A stretch of DNA of 63,454 nt, filler included, from Craspedostauros australis (lineage: Eukaryota), in NCBI GenBank assembly GCA_030167865.1. It is 10 parts of 10 records of this genome, joined end to end, with 100 filler letters (N's around TTAATTAATTAA, not from the genome) between each part and the next. Parts side by side here need not be neighbours in the genome. Positions count along the whole stretch, not along the records: positions 19,345 to 30,561 come from JALAGF010006244.1; positions 30,662 to 35,876 come from JALAGF010006245.1; positions 35,977 to 45,924 come from JALAGF010006246.1; 7 more parts are not named here. One strand, written 5' to 3'. The position numbers and the translations under genes are program-made. Each line of letters begins with the position of its first letter. Positions within the stretch are counted from its first letter, which is position 1. This document shows, piece by piece, positions 24,701 to 37,414 of the stretch. Under the pieces are notes generated by a model. That model was not told where the DNA came from, did no database searches, and was given only the letters and a program-made list of their open reading frames with translations.

Positions 24701-27700
24701 TGGAATCCGAGAGACCACAACACCGAGACGGACGCACTTGAACCTTTCCAGCTTGGGGTATCCCGCTCCGAGGCCAAGACCATTGCTCCTTCACCTCCCC
24801 CTGATCCTCCTGCGATGGTCAACATATCACGAGTGATCAGGTACGCTGACGTACCAGGTTCTGCCAACATACCACCGGGCGATCCGGATCCTGGAAAGGG
24901 TGATGCGATGCTCCAAATTGACTACGAATCGTTGACACCCAACATGTCGCAACCATTTGTCAGCACGGACGTCGAGCTCATGGAGGCGAATGACGGTCCT
25001 CCGGTTGACTTCTTCCTGAACAACTTGGACTACGACACGATCACAGGACGACATGGTGAATTCTCTTTTGATTCACTGGCGTATGCGTCGTTTGTCTCAC
25101 GTGGATTCCGGGAAGGCGGCGACCTTGCCCTCTACACCGCGGCGATGCGTCCCGTCAGCGAGCATGACCGCATTTGGATGGCAACTGACAACGTCACCCA
25201 TCTGGCAGAGAGGGGCGCGTTTGGATCCACGTTGGTCACCGATTCCGCGCGACTATGGGATCCCGGATCGGGTCCATCCACGGACGCGGCCAGCGACCGC
25301 ACTCCCGTTGCCAGCAATACGACCAAGACAACGAGCGACCATGCTGTATCCGACTACGATGACCTCTCCGATTCGCTTCGGCAAGACAGGCACTTGCCTG
25401 CAGAACCGCCCAACGCCATGCAACCGTCCGATATGCATGATGTTGGCTTCAGGTACCAAGCCAAGCACAAAACTGATGACTTAGAAAAGATCAGGCCATA
25501 TCTTGGATGGCGTACCACCCGGATTGTGCAGGAGACTATTCGCCGCACCACTCAAAGCTGCAAAGCGGTGATTCGGTGGCCTATGATGCGACACATCAAG
25601 TCACGCTTCTCGTGGATGAGACGACCCCGCCTTCGTGAGGTTGTTGCCATTGACACTGCGTTCTCCAACGCCCGATCCTATGAGGATGGATTCACATGCA
25701 TGCAACTCTTCTTCGGCATGACCTCGCATGTCATCAACATCTATGGCCTACGGTCACGTGAGGGGGTGATTCATTCAATCAAGGACTTCATCAGGGAGGA
25801 AGGTGCCCCATGGGCCTTTCGCATGGACAATGCTGGTGAACAGGCCAGTGAGGATGTCAACAATGTGCTTCGCGACCTCCATATTGGTGTGGAGGCCATC
25901 GAACCCACCTTTTCGCAACAGAATCCTGCGGAACTACGAGCTGTGAAATGGATCAAGCGTCACACTCATGTTCTACTGGACCGCACTGGTGCACCTCCGC
26001 GTGCTTGGTATCACGCTGCCAGATACATCGCTGATGTTCACAACATCACGGCAGACCAATCCTTGCGTTATAACATCCCTCTGACAATGCGCCATGGTGA
26101 AACTGTTGACATCTCTCCCTTTCTTTCATTTCGGTTCTATGAGAAAGTGTACTACCACGATCCTCAGTCGTCCTTCCCTGATGCTACTGAGAAGCCTGGC
26201 TATTGGCTTGGGGTTGCTCATTCCTGTGGGGATGCCTTAACCTACTACGTCCTCTCTGACGACACACAGCGGGTCCTCGTTCGAAGTGTTGTTCGCCCAT
26301 TCCGTCCCAGCCAGCGAAACGAACGACTTTCGTTTGCGCCAGAGCTCGATCCGGATGTCCAGCATGCTGAGCCTGAGGTGCCGCTCCATCTCAGTCATGA
26401 GCGTGTACCGGTTGCAAGGAAGCTTGCTGAATACCGGAAGCCACCCAAGCGGACCACGACAAAGAGACGACGTCCCCGGAAGGCCAAGCGTGTGGAACGG
26501 GTGCCCGCCGGTGCCCCACCGCCAACGACCGTGCCCGCTCTCGCCCCTGCCACCATGGGTATGGCCCCGGGTGCAGGACCTCCTGTGATGGCAGTGCCTG
26601 CCACGAAGGCTCCTGCCCTTGCCCCGCCGGTGCAGTCGCCCATTCCACGCCATGCCCGCCCACCTGATGTTCAGGGGCGCTCCCCGGCCACCATCGACGC
26701 ACGCACGCCTCGCCATGGTCGTTCGCACCCCCAGCCGGCACGTCGCTCTGGCACTGCCCTCCCGGTCCAGCCTTCTGCTGCCGCCCTCACCGAACCCGCC
26801 ATCTCGCCTTCGCCTCGCATGCCGGTTTCAGGGGGGGTCCCCTTGCCTCCTGCCACAGCTCCATTGGTACGGCCAGCAATTGGTGGCCCACCTTCACTGC
26901 CACAACCGCCGCCGCCGCCACAGCAAGGTGATCCACCTGCGAGTGCTCAACCAGCTGCCCACAAGCCACCTCTAACTCGCCCACCGACGCACAGGGAGGC
27001 AACGCCGCTGCCCACACGACGGTCTGCTCGGATCAAGCGACGCAAGAAACGTGCGTTCGGTTTACAGGCTCTCCAGGCCGCCATCGGCGAAACCCTTCAT
27101 GCGACACAAACACTGAATGGCATACCATCGAGGGTTACTGGATACACGATGCGGAACTATGTTGAGCCAGCCACATTCCTTGGAGCACGGTTGCACCATG
27201 ATCATGCCGACCCAGACCACGCCCGAGAACTGCTACGCCGTGCGGAGGAACCCCGGTCACCTTCCTGCCACCTTACCCGCGACGAGTTGTCACACCTGCA
27301 CTATGTGCAACATGCCGACTACGCGGAGGACATCATCAACAATATGGTGGACGGTAGCGACCTTTCCCGCACCATCGCATGCATAACCCATCACCGACAG
27401 GTCAAAAGAGGAAGTGAGGACCAACACTGGCGCGTTCGGGTACAATGGGCAGATGGGCACACAACATGGCAACGTCTCAATGATGTACGCATGGACAACC
27501 CATTCATTCTCGTACAGTACGCTGAAGCAAACGGACTCCAACACCAATCACCATTTCGATGGACGAAGGCGTTGAAGGAGGACAACGTTACACTGAAACG
27601 CAGACTGATCAATATGGCAAAAGCAAAGAAGGCATCGAGACGCGGAGTTCGGTTCAAATTCGGTGTACAGATACCAAACAGCGTCCGTCATGCTCTGTAT

Positions 27701-29488
27701 CTCGATCGAGTCAACGGCAATAACGATTGGCGTGAGGCATTGGATAAGGAGCTTGGCAAGATCAATGAATTCAAGACATTCCGACAAGTCACTGAAGCTG
27801 ACAACCTGTCCGAATACACAAAGATCCCGTATCATGTGATATTCGACGTGAAATTCGACCTTCGCCGGAAAGCCCGTCTTGTCGCAAACGGTAACCACTC
27901 CCAGCCATCCACAGAGGACGTGTATTCTGGTGTGGTCGCCATCGACACCGTGCGCATTGCTTTCATCGTTGCAGAAATCAATGGTCTCATGGCATGCGCC
28001 GGAGATGTTGGCAATGCATTCCTGTATGCAATGACAAAGGAGAAGTGCTACATCATCGCAGGTCCAGAATTTGGCACCTTGGAAGGACAGCCCCTTATCA
28101 TTCACAAAGGCCTCTATGGGCTACGAACATCCAGCGCCCGGTTTCATGAGCATCTTGCCTTTCGCATCCGTTCCATGGGGTTCAAACCTTCGCAGTACGA
28201 CTCTGACCTCTGGATCCGTGAACGAGATGATCACTATGAAATGATTACAACTTATGTTGATGACGTGCTTGTATTCAGTCACAAGCCCATGCAACTAATG
28301 GCTCATCTCAGCAGCGAATACGAGGTCAAGCAAGTGGGCACACCAGTGTACTACCTTGGTGGCGACGTTGTGACTCTTGGAGAGGAATGGCAACGGTATG
28401 GCATCAGAACAGCCTTGTCAGCAAAGACATACATCCAGCGAGCACTCACCAGGCTGGAAACAAATGAACGCAAGCTGCGCACATATGCAACGCCCATGGC
28501 TGAGTCCTACCATGCTGAGACCGATGACACAGAACTGCTCGATGCTGACGAAGGTAGCCGATATCGATCCCTCATCGGATGTGCAAATTGGGTTATCACA
28601 CTTGGTCGGTATGATATTCAATATGCAATCATGGCGCTCTCTCGGTTTTCCATGGCGCCACGCAATGGCCACATGAAAGCATTGGAACGTGTCTTTGGAT
28701 ACCTCAAGTCCCATGCCAATGGAAAACTGCTCTGCGATCCGCACGTTCCCGATCACAACGACACACCTGACCCCAACAACGACAAATGGATTGAGTATTA
28801 TCCTGATGCGTGTGAGGAGATCCCACACACCATGCCACCACCAAAGGGGCGCTCTGCTACGCTCACGGTCTATGTTGATGCCGACCACGCTCACGATTTG
28901 GTTACAAGGAGATCTGTGTCAGGTATCATCATCAAAGTGAACGGAATGGTCGTACGAACTCACTGCAAACGACAACGGACAGTTGAATCATCCACATACG
29001 GCTCGGAGTTGGTTGCAGCACGAACAGCTGTTGACATGATCATCGAAATACGAACAGCACTTCGTATGATGGGAGTTCCATTGAGAGGGCCCGCATATTT
29101 GTTTGGGGACAACAAGTCCGTCATCCTGAATACCTCCATCCCATCTTCTGTCCTCAAGAAGAAGCACTGTGGCATATCATACCATCGCATTCGCGAAGCC
29201 ATTGCTGCCGGAATCGTACGGTTTACACACATTGCATCGAACATGAATGAAGCGGACATCTTGACGAAACCATTGGGCAAAGCTGCGTTCGAGAGACTTC
29301 GACGTGTATCCCTCTTTCGCATTCCCCCCCACACCATCACTGCCACCCAGAACAAGAAGCAAAAGAACCAACAAAAGGGCGACCAAGATCCAGTTGAGGC
29401 TACCACCAATCACATTACAAGCCATGCCAAACGATACTTTGTGAGGATTACAACCTTTGATGACTGCCAGCATCGAGAAAGGTTATAA
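21792..29488 (+). CDS. Intact single-ORF gag-pol polyprotein of a CoDi-I-like Ty1/copia element (about 2560 aa)
   Basis: Uninterrupted ORF; first ATG at about 21812 (MSTRGAAG). PR CDNGAQ; INT AIDT / MDNA / NPAE; chromodomain-like segment; RT KARLVANG, YVDD; RH YVDADH, ESSTYGSE, ADILTKPL. Confidence 0.95.
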
Positions 29489-29495
29489 AGGGGCG
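29475..29495 (+). promoter_or_regulatory. Polypurine tract
   Basis: GAGAAAGGTTATAAAGGGGCG directly precedes the LTR start TATTGGAA and overlaps the pol stop codon. Confidence 0.65.
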
Positions 29496-29723
29496 TATTG
29501 GAACCACAGTCGAAGTAGTCCAACATACCCAAGACACCGACCACAAAGATACACGTGGCACAACAGCAAAACAAGAACGCACAGCAACAGCACACAAACA
29601 CAGAAACAGAAACAGAAACAGAACAACAAACATCAGCTGTCAACCCACAATTCCCAACCAACTTAGTTAATTAGCACCACACTCATCACATCCATCTCGC
29701 ACACGACAGCCCAGATTCCAATA
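29496..29723 (+). repeat. LTR (228 bp): 3' LTR of the first element and 5' LTR of the next
   Basis: Perfect 8-bp terminal inverted repeat TATTGGAA...TTCCAATA; PPT upstream; PBS-position motif GTTTATCAGGACC and a second gag downstream; internal (ACAGAA)n. Confidence 0.8.
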
Positions 29724-29930
29724 GTTTATCAGGACCTTCGACTCACTGATCGTTCCCGGACGCTTGCTGTTGCCGTTGCCGCCGCCGTCGCCGTTCGCCG
29801 TTTGATTGAGGCATTGAGGCATTTTGGGGCAGTTTGGTTTTGAGGCACTTCTTCGCGCGGAGGATTCGACTGTTGGGGGGGATACCTGGCGCTATCTCGA
29901 ACTGAGACTGCTACGCACTGCGCTTGCATC

Positions 29931-30561
29931 ATGATGGCTCGCTCTGTTGAGGGGATTGTCACCACATCCGGTTTCCGGATGCCCCGCGAGCCGCCTGACA
30001 AGACAAAGCAAACCGTCGAATTCCTCCGCACCGTCCTCGGGTTTTCCGAACCCTTCATCTACCTCGCCCCGATGTTTGAGACCAAGCAAGCACGCGATGG
30101 CCTGGATATCAAACGCGTCCTCCGGAGGGTGGGATTCCTCTCACGTCTACAGACTGGATCTATATTGATCCACCTGCGATGCCCCGCCACAACCTGCTCG
30201 CTTATCCCAGACTTGATTGCGCTCCATCGCTTTCGCGCGTACATCGAGAAGGATTTGGAGACCATCGCTCCAAATCAAGTTCTTGAACCAGATCCTGACG
30301 ACATAACCAAGGATGCATATGCAGCTTTTTGTGACACAGTGCTGTCCCCAATACAGGACATCACCAAGGCAGTCATCTCACACGACAAGCACGCACAGAA
30401 GAACTCTGCGACATGGTTCGGTATCCCTGAACTCACTCCGACCGCATGGCTCAAGTGCATGAAAGGGGGTTATGACAGTAACTTCCCGCCAGAAATATAT
30501 GGCGACTTGGCCACTTTGCCATCACCTCCAGCCATCAACATCATGACACCATGTACTTCCG
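29931..30561 (+). CDS. gag N-terminus of a second, related but distinct copia element (cut by scaffold end)
   Basis: Colinear with the first gag: GIVTTSGFRMPREPPD..TVEFLRTVLGFSE vs GIVAASGFRIPKKPPD..TVKFLTDVLGFTE; LRCP, AFCDT and WFG shared. Confidence 0.88.
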
Positions 30562-30661
30562 NNNNNNNNNNNNNNNNNNNNNNNNNNNNNNNNNNNNNNN
30601 NNNNNTTAATTAATTAANNNNNNNNNNNNNNNNNNNNNNNNNNNNNNNNNNNNNNNNNNNN

Positions 30662-33600
30662 GAGCGTCAAGCCTCGGAAGCACATGAATTTGCACCACCG
30701 CTGCCATTCCTTCCACCAGCCGCTCGGGAGGCGGTCAGGTTGGCTCGCCCATTGATTGGGCAGGGTCGACGCGGCGATTCCGTCATGCGCCTCCGCCAGT
30801 ATTCTCGTTCCGTTAGCCGACGTGATGTCCGACATTCGTATCACACCCAGCTTCTGACGCACCATATTCAGATGGTATAACTGAGCTCCTTTCACACCTT
30901 GGCTTAGCCAGATGTCCATCAAGAACTTGTCACCTCTCCGCTGGCGAGTCGCCGACTTCGTGGTTTCGAGTATGTCTATGCTGGTGTCGTGAAGCTGCTG
31001 CCAGAGTCCGGTGACCCAGCAACTCGTGGCGCAGTGTCCTATGGCCTTGTGTGAGTACCGGAACAGGGATCGCTCCACTCCCAGCTCCTCTTTCAAGGCC
31101 AGAATAGAGCACTTGATCATTTCCCCGGTTTGAGTGCCACGATGGACTTCGTCGAATGCCAGCTGGACCTGCGAGATCAACTGCATATTGGCTGGGTTGA
31201 TGATTCCCAGCCCGCCCAGTGACGTCGTACCATATACCAAGTCTCTCGGGAAGTTCCTGGACACCCCCATTTTCGGGAGTGCTGCGAGCAGCGCCGGGGC
31301 CATGATCCGTCGCCATTGTAGCCGAGTAAGCTGAACCATTGGAAGCGCGTATTCGATCGTCTTCATGAACCGCAGCGTGAGGGCAGATCTTGCGTCGGCT
31401 GGAGAAATCTTAGCCGTCCGCATGCGTCCCCCAAATTCTTCTGCTTTCTTGCGGAGTCTGTCAGCCTGCGCTTCTTGATTCCCGTCGAAGTCGATGAACA
31501 CCCCCAACGTGAAGAGTGGCTGGTCCATTGGTTTGTATGGTATTTCCGCTGCTGCGCCTTGTCCATCGTTGATATTGATGATGGTCAACGGGTTGGCGTC
31601 TTGCCACGTCCATTGCCCTGAAATGAATTCCGGTTGCATCGCCCACCAGGCGGACTTACTCGGCACGAGAGCACCGCCGGTAACGTGCAGCAGCTTGCTC
31701 CAGTCTTGTACCATCGCCTTGAAAGCTTCCGTGTCTGCCGTCACTGTGCCACCTGTTTCCAGCCTCACTAGGTCCGTGTCGTCCACGAAGGCTGATCCCA
31801 GAATTGAAATCGTCTGCTCGTCAGGGGTCTGTAGCGGCGAGTCATGACCAAGGAGGCCCATGGCATTAAACATGACGGAACTGATGACCGCCCAAATAGC
31901 CGGTCCTGCCCCGTTCCCTTGGCCAATGCCGTGCATCTGGCAATCCGCGCCGCGACCATATGATCTATCCGACACTCCGTAGGCGGTGCTGATGTGGTGC
32001 TTTGCGTCTCGGAGCGTCTTGAACATGCTTCTCGTCGCCGATCTGTTCGCTCCGGCCGCCATCATCACCGTCGCCGCGAAGTTTGGTACTATCCTGTCGT
32101 AGCAGGATTTCGCGTCGTTGGAGCAGAATGAGACCGCCACTTTCCGCTGGAAACCCAGGTCGATGCTGATACGCTTGTTCAGCGCTGCGCTGATTGCCGA
32201 CCTGCATTTGCGGCTACCAAATTGGAATCCCGAGAGCCATCCTGCTTTCTCCGCAGTTTGCATCATTTGTCGTCCAAGTCTTTTGTTGTTCAGATTGAAC
32301 TGCGCGTCCATCAATTGTATGGTCCTCATCTTCTCTATGTTGAAGACTTGCGCCTTCTTCAGTATCTCGACGTCGGTGATCCGTTGCCATGGTCTCGGCG
32401 AGTGGCCTGTTTGGTACGGAATGTCTCTCAACATCATATCGGCGTCTGCTAGGCTCTTGACAGACATCGCTGCTTTGTAGTGTCCGAAGTGCGGCGTGCT
32501 CGGTTCTGAGTTCGTCAGTTCCGTCTGTCGTTTCCATGCCCGAATGTGCTCCTCTGTCGTAAGTTCCTCCTTGTCTTGTGCAATGGGTTGCAAGGACTGC
32601 AGCAGGGCATGAGTCATAGGATCCGGCACTTCTGGGGTGGATCCCTGCGCGTTGACAAGTTGTGTCTCCAGTGCCGGGTTCCAAATCCGGTCCATGATCC
32701 TTTTCGTCTGGCCCGTCATGCAAGGGGTCTGGTCTGCTTGGGAAAATCGTCGTTTGTTTTCCCTTATGCACGCTGTGACGATGTCGTGTTGTTCCGTGCA
32801 TTCCTGCAATCGGCCTTCGTCATCCGTGAATAAGACCTTCGTCGTCATCGACTTGTCTTGCCCAAACACAGCTCGAAGGCGTCCCGCTTGTTCCCGTTGT
32901 TTCTCTCGATTCATCAGGGATTGCAATGCCGCTTCATATTCCTGCTCATGGGCGTCGTGTCGTTGCCTGGCTAGCTGTACCAGAAACTCTTGGCGGGCCT
33001 TCTCGTGGTCCTTCTTTTGCTTGTAGTATGTGGTGTATGCCTCCGATCGGCGTTGTTGTGCCTGAGGCAGAGTCTCCCCTACCTCCAGTCCCACCAGCTT
33101 CCGTGTGCGGCACCGGAGCGACGAGCTGACCTTGACCCCTGCCAGGTGTTTGACCTCCAGGGACCAGTGTTTTATCACGTTCCTTGCGTGTTGCAGTTCT
33201 GGAGACCAGGCGGCCCCTCCCATCTTCAGCTTGCGACATCCCTTCTCCGCGTGTCGGCGGATCTCGTATGTTTGAGTCAGAAGCTTGTCGTATTGACGGC
33301 GTTGGTCGTGAGTCAGTCTCCACCCTTGGGTCTTGGCTGTGAGCCACATCTTCTGTGTGCGGTCAAGGATGTTGTGTCTTCCGTATTCTTCTAGAAGCGC
33401 ATCATTGTACCGTTGCATAACTCGGGGATCACTCAGCACAAGACGGCGTGGTGTGGACTTGCGAACGGGTTTGATACCTGTTCCCAATACCTGATCGAAG
33501 CTGATGTCGATCCACACCGCTCTGTGATCGGACGGGATCGCTGCACCAAACTCCAGGTAGCCGGCTTTCTCCAGAATGACTCCTTCAGAGGCGAATATCG

Positions 33601-34381
33601 CGTCGATAGGAATTCCACTGCGGTTGCGTTGTTGTGTTGCACGGCGAGATAGGTCTCGTCCTATCCGTTTCTGTACCGTGTTTCGCAACCCTGCGGCCTC
33701 GAGGCGTTTGGCGGTAGGGCTGTCCATGACGTCGTCATTCAGGTCCACTCCTAGTACAATGGTGTCGCCCTCCGCTTTCCACTTGTGTATCTCGACGGTT
33801 ATGTCTGTGATCCAGGCTTCGTGCGGGTCCTCTTCTCTTCCGGTCTCGTGCAGTACTCGCGTTTGTTGTGCCCAGACCGTGGTGGCTCCCTCGGTAGACC
33901 GGCATGGCCTATAGGCTGCGATGACTCGCAATCTCTTGGTGCCTTTCCCTTCCGTGAGAGTCCAACACCACCGACCCATACCACTCTCATCGGTTCCAGT
34001 TTGGAATGTGCGTGCGGCCATTTGCGCCGTTACGACCACCCCTGCGCCTCCGTACAGTCGCGGGTCTCTTTTGTCTTCGTGTGTGTTGTAGGCAAAGGAG
34101 TGTTTGGATCGGGGTAGCTGTCGTCTGGATCGCTCTGCCCACTGGTCGTGCGGTCGTGCGTGATCCCAACGTATGTTGGTTTCTGCCATGCATAGCATGT
34201 CCAAGTCGCTCGATTTGATGAACCCGAAGATTTCCTCGTTCTTCTGCTGGTACGTGTGAATGGGTAGCTGGGCTACGTTTTGGTACACAATGCGGATCGT
34301 CGCCTTAGCCTTCTCCGTCATCGGATCCCCGCAAGCATCGTTTAGCCTACTTGCTGCATCAAGCGCCTCCTGGTCTGTCAT
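30662..34381 (-). CDS. Non-LTR retrotransposon ORF2: AP endonuclease plus reverse transcriptase (Ambal-like), 3' partial
   Basis: APE motifs YQNV, MAETN, GMGRW, AAYRPC, VDLND, IDAIF, SDHRAVWID; RT motifs EKMRTIQL, QFGSR, NDAKSCYDRI, GIGQGNGAGP, FVDD. No stops. Confidence 0.93.
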
Positions 34382-34479
34382 GGTGTTGTCTCCGGTACTC
34401 AGTGGAACCGGGTCACCGAAGCCTTGGCACTGATGGTGTTGTGTTGATTGTTGGTTCTGTGGTCACAATCCTTCCGGTT

Positions 34480-34619
34480 CGACTCTGACCTTGTTGGTGT
34501 CGGTATCGTTGATGCCACCGTTGTTGTTTTCGTTGATGGTGTCGTCGTTGCCTATGTGGGCGGCGGTGTCGGTGGTCGTTGGTGGTGGTTGTTGTCGTAG
34601 TTGTTGGTATTGTTGTTAT

Positions 34620-34653
<34 letters not shown>

Positions 34654-34790
34654 GTTGTTCGTGGTGCTATCGTTGTTATTGTTATGTTATCGTTGTTGTT
34701 GTTGATGCTGTCGATGTTGCCGTTGCTGTCGCGTGAGCCTGATGTTGATGCCAGTGTTGTTACAACTGTTGTTGATGCTCTCTGACGCGG
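34480..34790 (-). repeat. Degenerate (CAA)n / (TTG)n low-complexity tract in the LINE inter-ORF spacer
   Basis: Runs of gttgttgtt, densest at 34578-34710. Confidence 0.85.
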
Positions 34791-34983
34791 TACGTTATGC
34801 TTCGATGATGCCGTATTGTATTCGTTCGTTTCCTTGGCCTACTATCTTTGCAGCTGTGAGTTGCCTTGCCTTCGTCTCGTTGTTATGTTGCCGTTGTTTC
34901 GATCGGTGTCTTGTTATTGCTGTTGCTCGATTTTCCGTCGTGGCTCCTTCCTGATGGATCTTTCTGTTTTTTTTTTTTTTTTT

Positions 34984-35876
34984 TTACTCGACTCGTGCGG
35001 CGTCTGCGCCTGCCTGTTTGGTTTGTTCGGTGTCCATTGGATCTTCGGTTTCCATGTCCTCCACACTCTGCTCCTCATCATCGCTCTCGTCGTCCTCACT
35101 CGAGGTCGCACTGCTTTCTTTGCCATCTGTTCCCGCCGCCATGGATAGTTCTCCGTCGTCTGACTCACTCTCTTCGCCTTCAGGAATGCTGATGCCCGGG
35201 TTATCCACATCGAAGTCTGTCTTCGCCGATGGGTCTGCTGCGAATCGCCGCGGATTGGCCGACTTGTTTCTCGCCGTGTTGGCGATTGCCGTGCCTACGT
35301 GTGCCGATTGCTGCGCTACTGTGGCCGTCGCAAAGGTTGCCACCGTACCGTTGTCTCCGTTTTGGATTCTGGGGTTCGACGTCATTTCCACTTCAAATTT
35401 CAGAAGCGGAACGGGCTTCATTTTTCCGTTCTCGTCGACGTAGCCTTCCCACCCGACATCTGCCGCAGTTAGGCCGATCATCTCTTCTTCATCCAGATCC
35501 AGGAAGTGTGCTCCTGCCTGCGCTAGCTGTCCCATTTCGAGTTCCTCTTTGCTTCTCACAAGTCCAGTTTCCCAGTCCACGTCGTAGAACTCGTTTTGCG
35601 CCCAGGCTTCTGGTGTGAACCAGCCTTGGCACTTGTGATCGAGCTTCTTGCTGCAGAAAAATGGGAGCTTCGAGATCAGCTCTCTGGCCTCCACTTGTCG
35701 TTTGGGATGGAACACAAAGAAGGTCCTGTTGCGGTCCGCTTTGTCCGTGTCCACTGACACAAATAGTGTGTAGTCCGGGTCTTCAAAGGAGCGCAGGTTC
35801 ATGACCACCTCGCGGAGTGTGAGGTTCCAGATAGGCACTTCGACATCCAGCTGCATGATGGAGTAGACGCCTTGAG
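34984..35876 (-). CDS. Probable ORF1 (C-terminal part) of the non-LTR element
   Basis: Open to scaffold end, same strand and about 600 bp upstream of ORF2; LTLREVVMNL...LFVSVD motif and acidic tail; stop runs into A20. Confidence 0.65.
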
Positions 35877-35976
35877 NNNNNNNNNNNNNNNNNNNNNNNN
35901 NNNNNNNNNNNNNNNNNNNNTTAATTAATTAANNNNNNNNNNNNNNNNNNNNNNNNNNNNNNNNNNNNNNNNNNNN

Positions 35977-36857
35977 GCAAAGAAACCAGTACCAGTGCGA
36001 GAATTGTCATCCTCGTTTGACTTCCCACCACCAACGTTGTTTCCCTCCGCATCACACTCCAAGGTTTGCAACAGCTCGGCGAAGTCCTTGGGATTGGGAA
36101 AGTCCTTGATGGAGTTTTGCAGATGCAGGTATTCACGCGGCTTCCCACTCAGCACTCCGCCGACGACGGGTACGACGTGGCGGATGAAGAAGCGAGCGAA
36201 GTACCCCAGAATGCCCGACGTCTCTGGATCTGGTTCCGAAAACTCCAGCACGCAGAACACCGCATTCGGTCGCAACAACGTATGGATTTGGCAAAGGGCA
36301 TCCTCGCGTTCTGGAACGTTGCGAATGCCAAATGACATGGTGGCGCCGTCAAACAGTTCGGCATCCTCGCCTTGCTGCTCACGATACGTCGCCACCAACT
36401 TGCGCGCATCCGCCACGCGTAACGAGATGCGATCGGCCATGCCGCGATGTGACACCTTGTCGCGTCCTACATCCAGCATGTTCGACGACGGATCCACGCC
36501 CACGATCGTCGCATCGGGCATGGCCTTGCCCAGCAGCAGCGCCACGTCGGCCGTGCCCGTCGCCACATCCAGCAGCCGGCGTGCCGTCGTTGTCTTGCGC
36601 TGCACGACCTGCACCATCTCCTCACGCCAACCAATGTCCATGTTCATGGCCAGCACGCGGTTGATGGTATCGTAGCGCGTCGCGATCTGATCGAACATGC
36701 TGCCGGTGCCAAAGTCGGTCGGCGGCGTTGCGACGGACAGCTTGCGGACCTGGTACGTGAAGATGCCCAGCAGGGGCATGATCACGATGGCGGCCTTGAC
36801 GGTCCAGTTCAATTGCAGCGGCTTGGGCTGGCGCACTGGGATCGCGTTGGACGACAT
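35977..36857 (-). CDS. UbiE/MenG/COQ5-family SAM-dependent methyltransferase, 3' partial
   Basis: MFDQIATRYDTINRVL, LLDVATGTADVA, GVDPSSNML, SFGIRNV, VLEFSEP, YLHLQNSIKDFP; hydrophobic N-terminal segment. Confidence 0.92.
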
Positions 36858-37414
36858 GGTGATACCAGATTACGCTGAGTGTGCTAATATCCTCGCGTGC
36901 AAATACTCGTATGATGTGCTATCGCCTACTGCTATGTACAAGTCTGCTCGGCATCGTTTGGTCACTGTCAACAATGACTTCGTGTTCAGTTCGTCGGGGA
37001 TGTCGTCTGATTGCGGTTGTGCAATGACCATCGTCATGGTCGGTTGCTCTGAGAGGTTGAAGTTGGTGTTGTGTGCTTTCTTCTCTCCGAAAGTGGGTGC
37101 GTCATCGACGAAGATTTTTTGTCTTGTTTTCTGTTGTTGTGGAACGTGAACCATCGAGTCACGAGTGATCTTGAGAACAACAAAGAGAACCCGAGTTGGA
37201 TTTTGATGTGATGCTGTCGCTCCGGATGCAGTGCTGTCACGGATGGGCAGAAGACTTGGCAACTCTTATGAATGCAAGAGATGCCTGAGGAATCAACCAT
37301 TATAAAAATATATAATATGATGTATACTCTGCATGACAATATGTTACCTCGACTATGAAGATGCTTGCTCGACGAATACTCTCCGGACACTGCCTGCGTG
37401 CTCGATCGCTTGTT

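Noticed and set aside
34491..34785. Poly-Cys and poly-Val ORFs
   Set aside because: Translations of the (TTG)n microsatellite.
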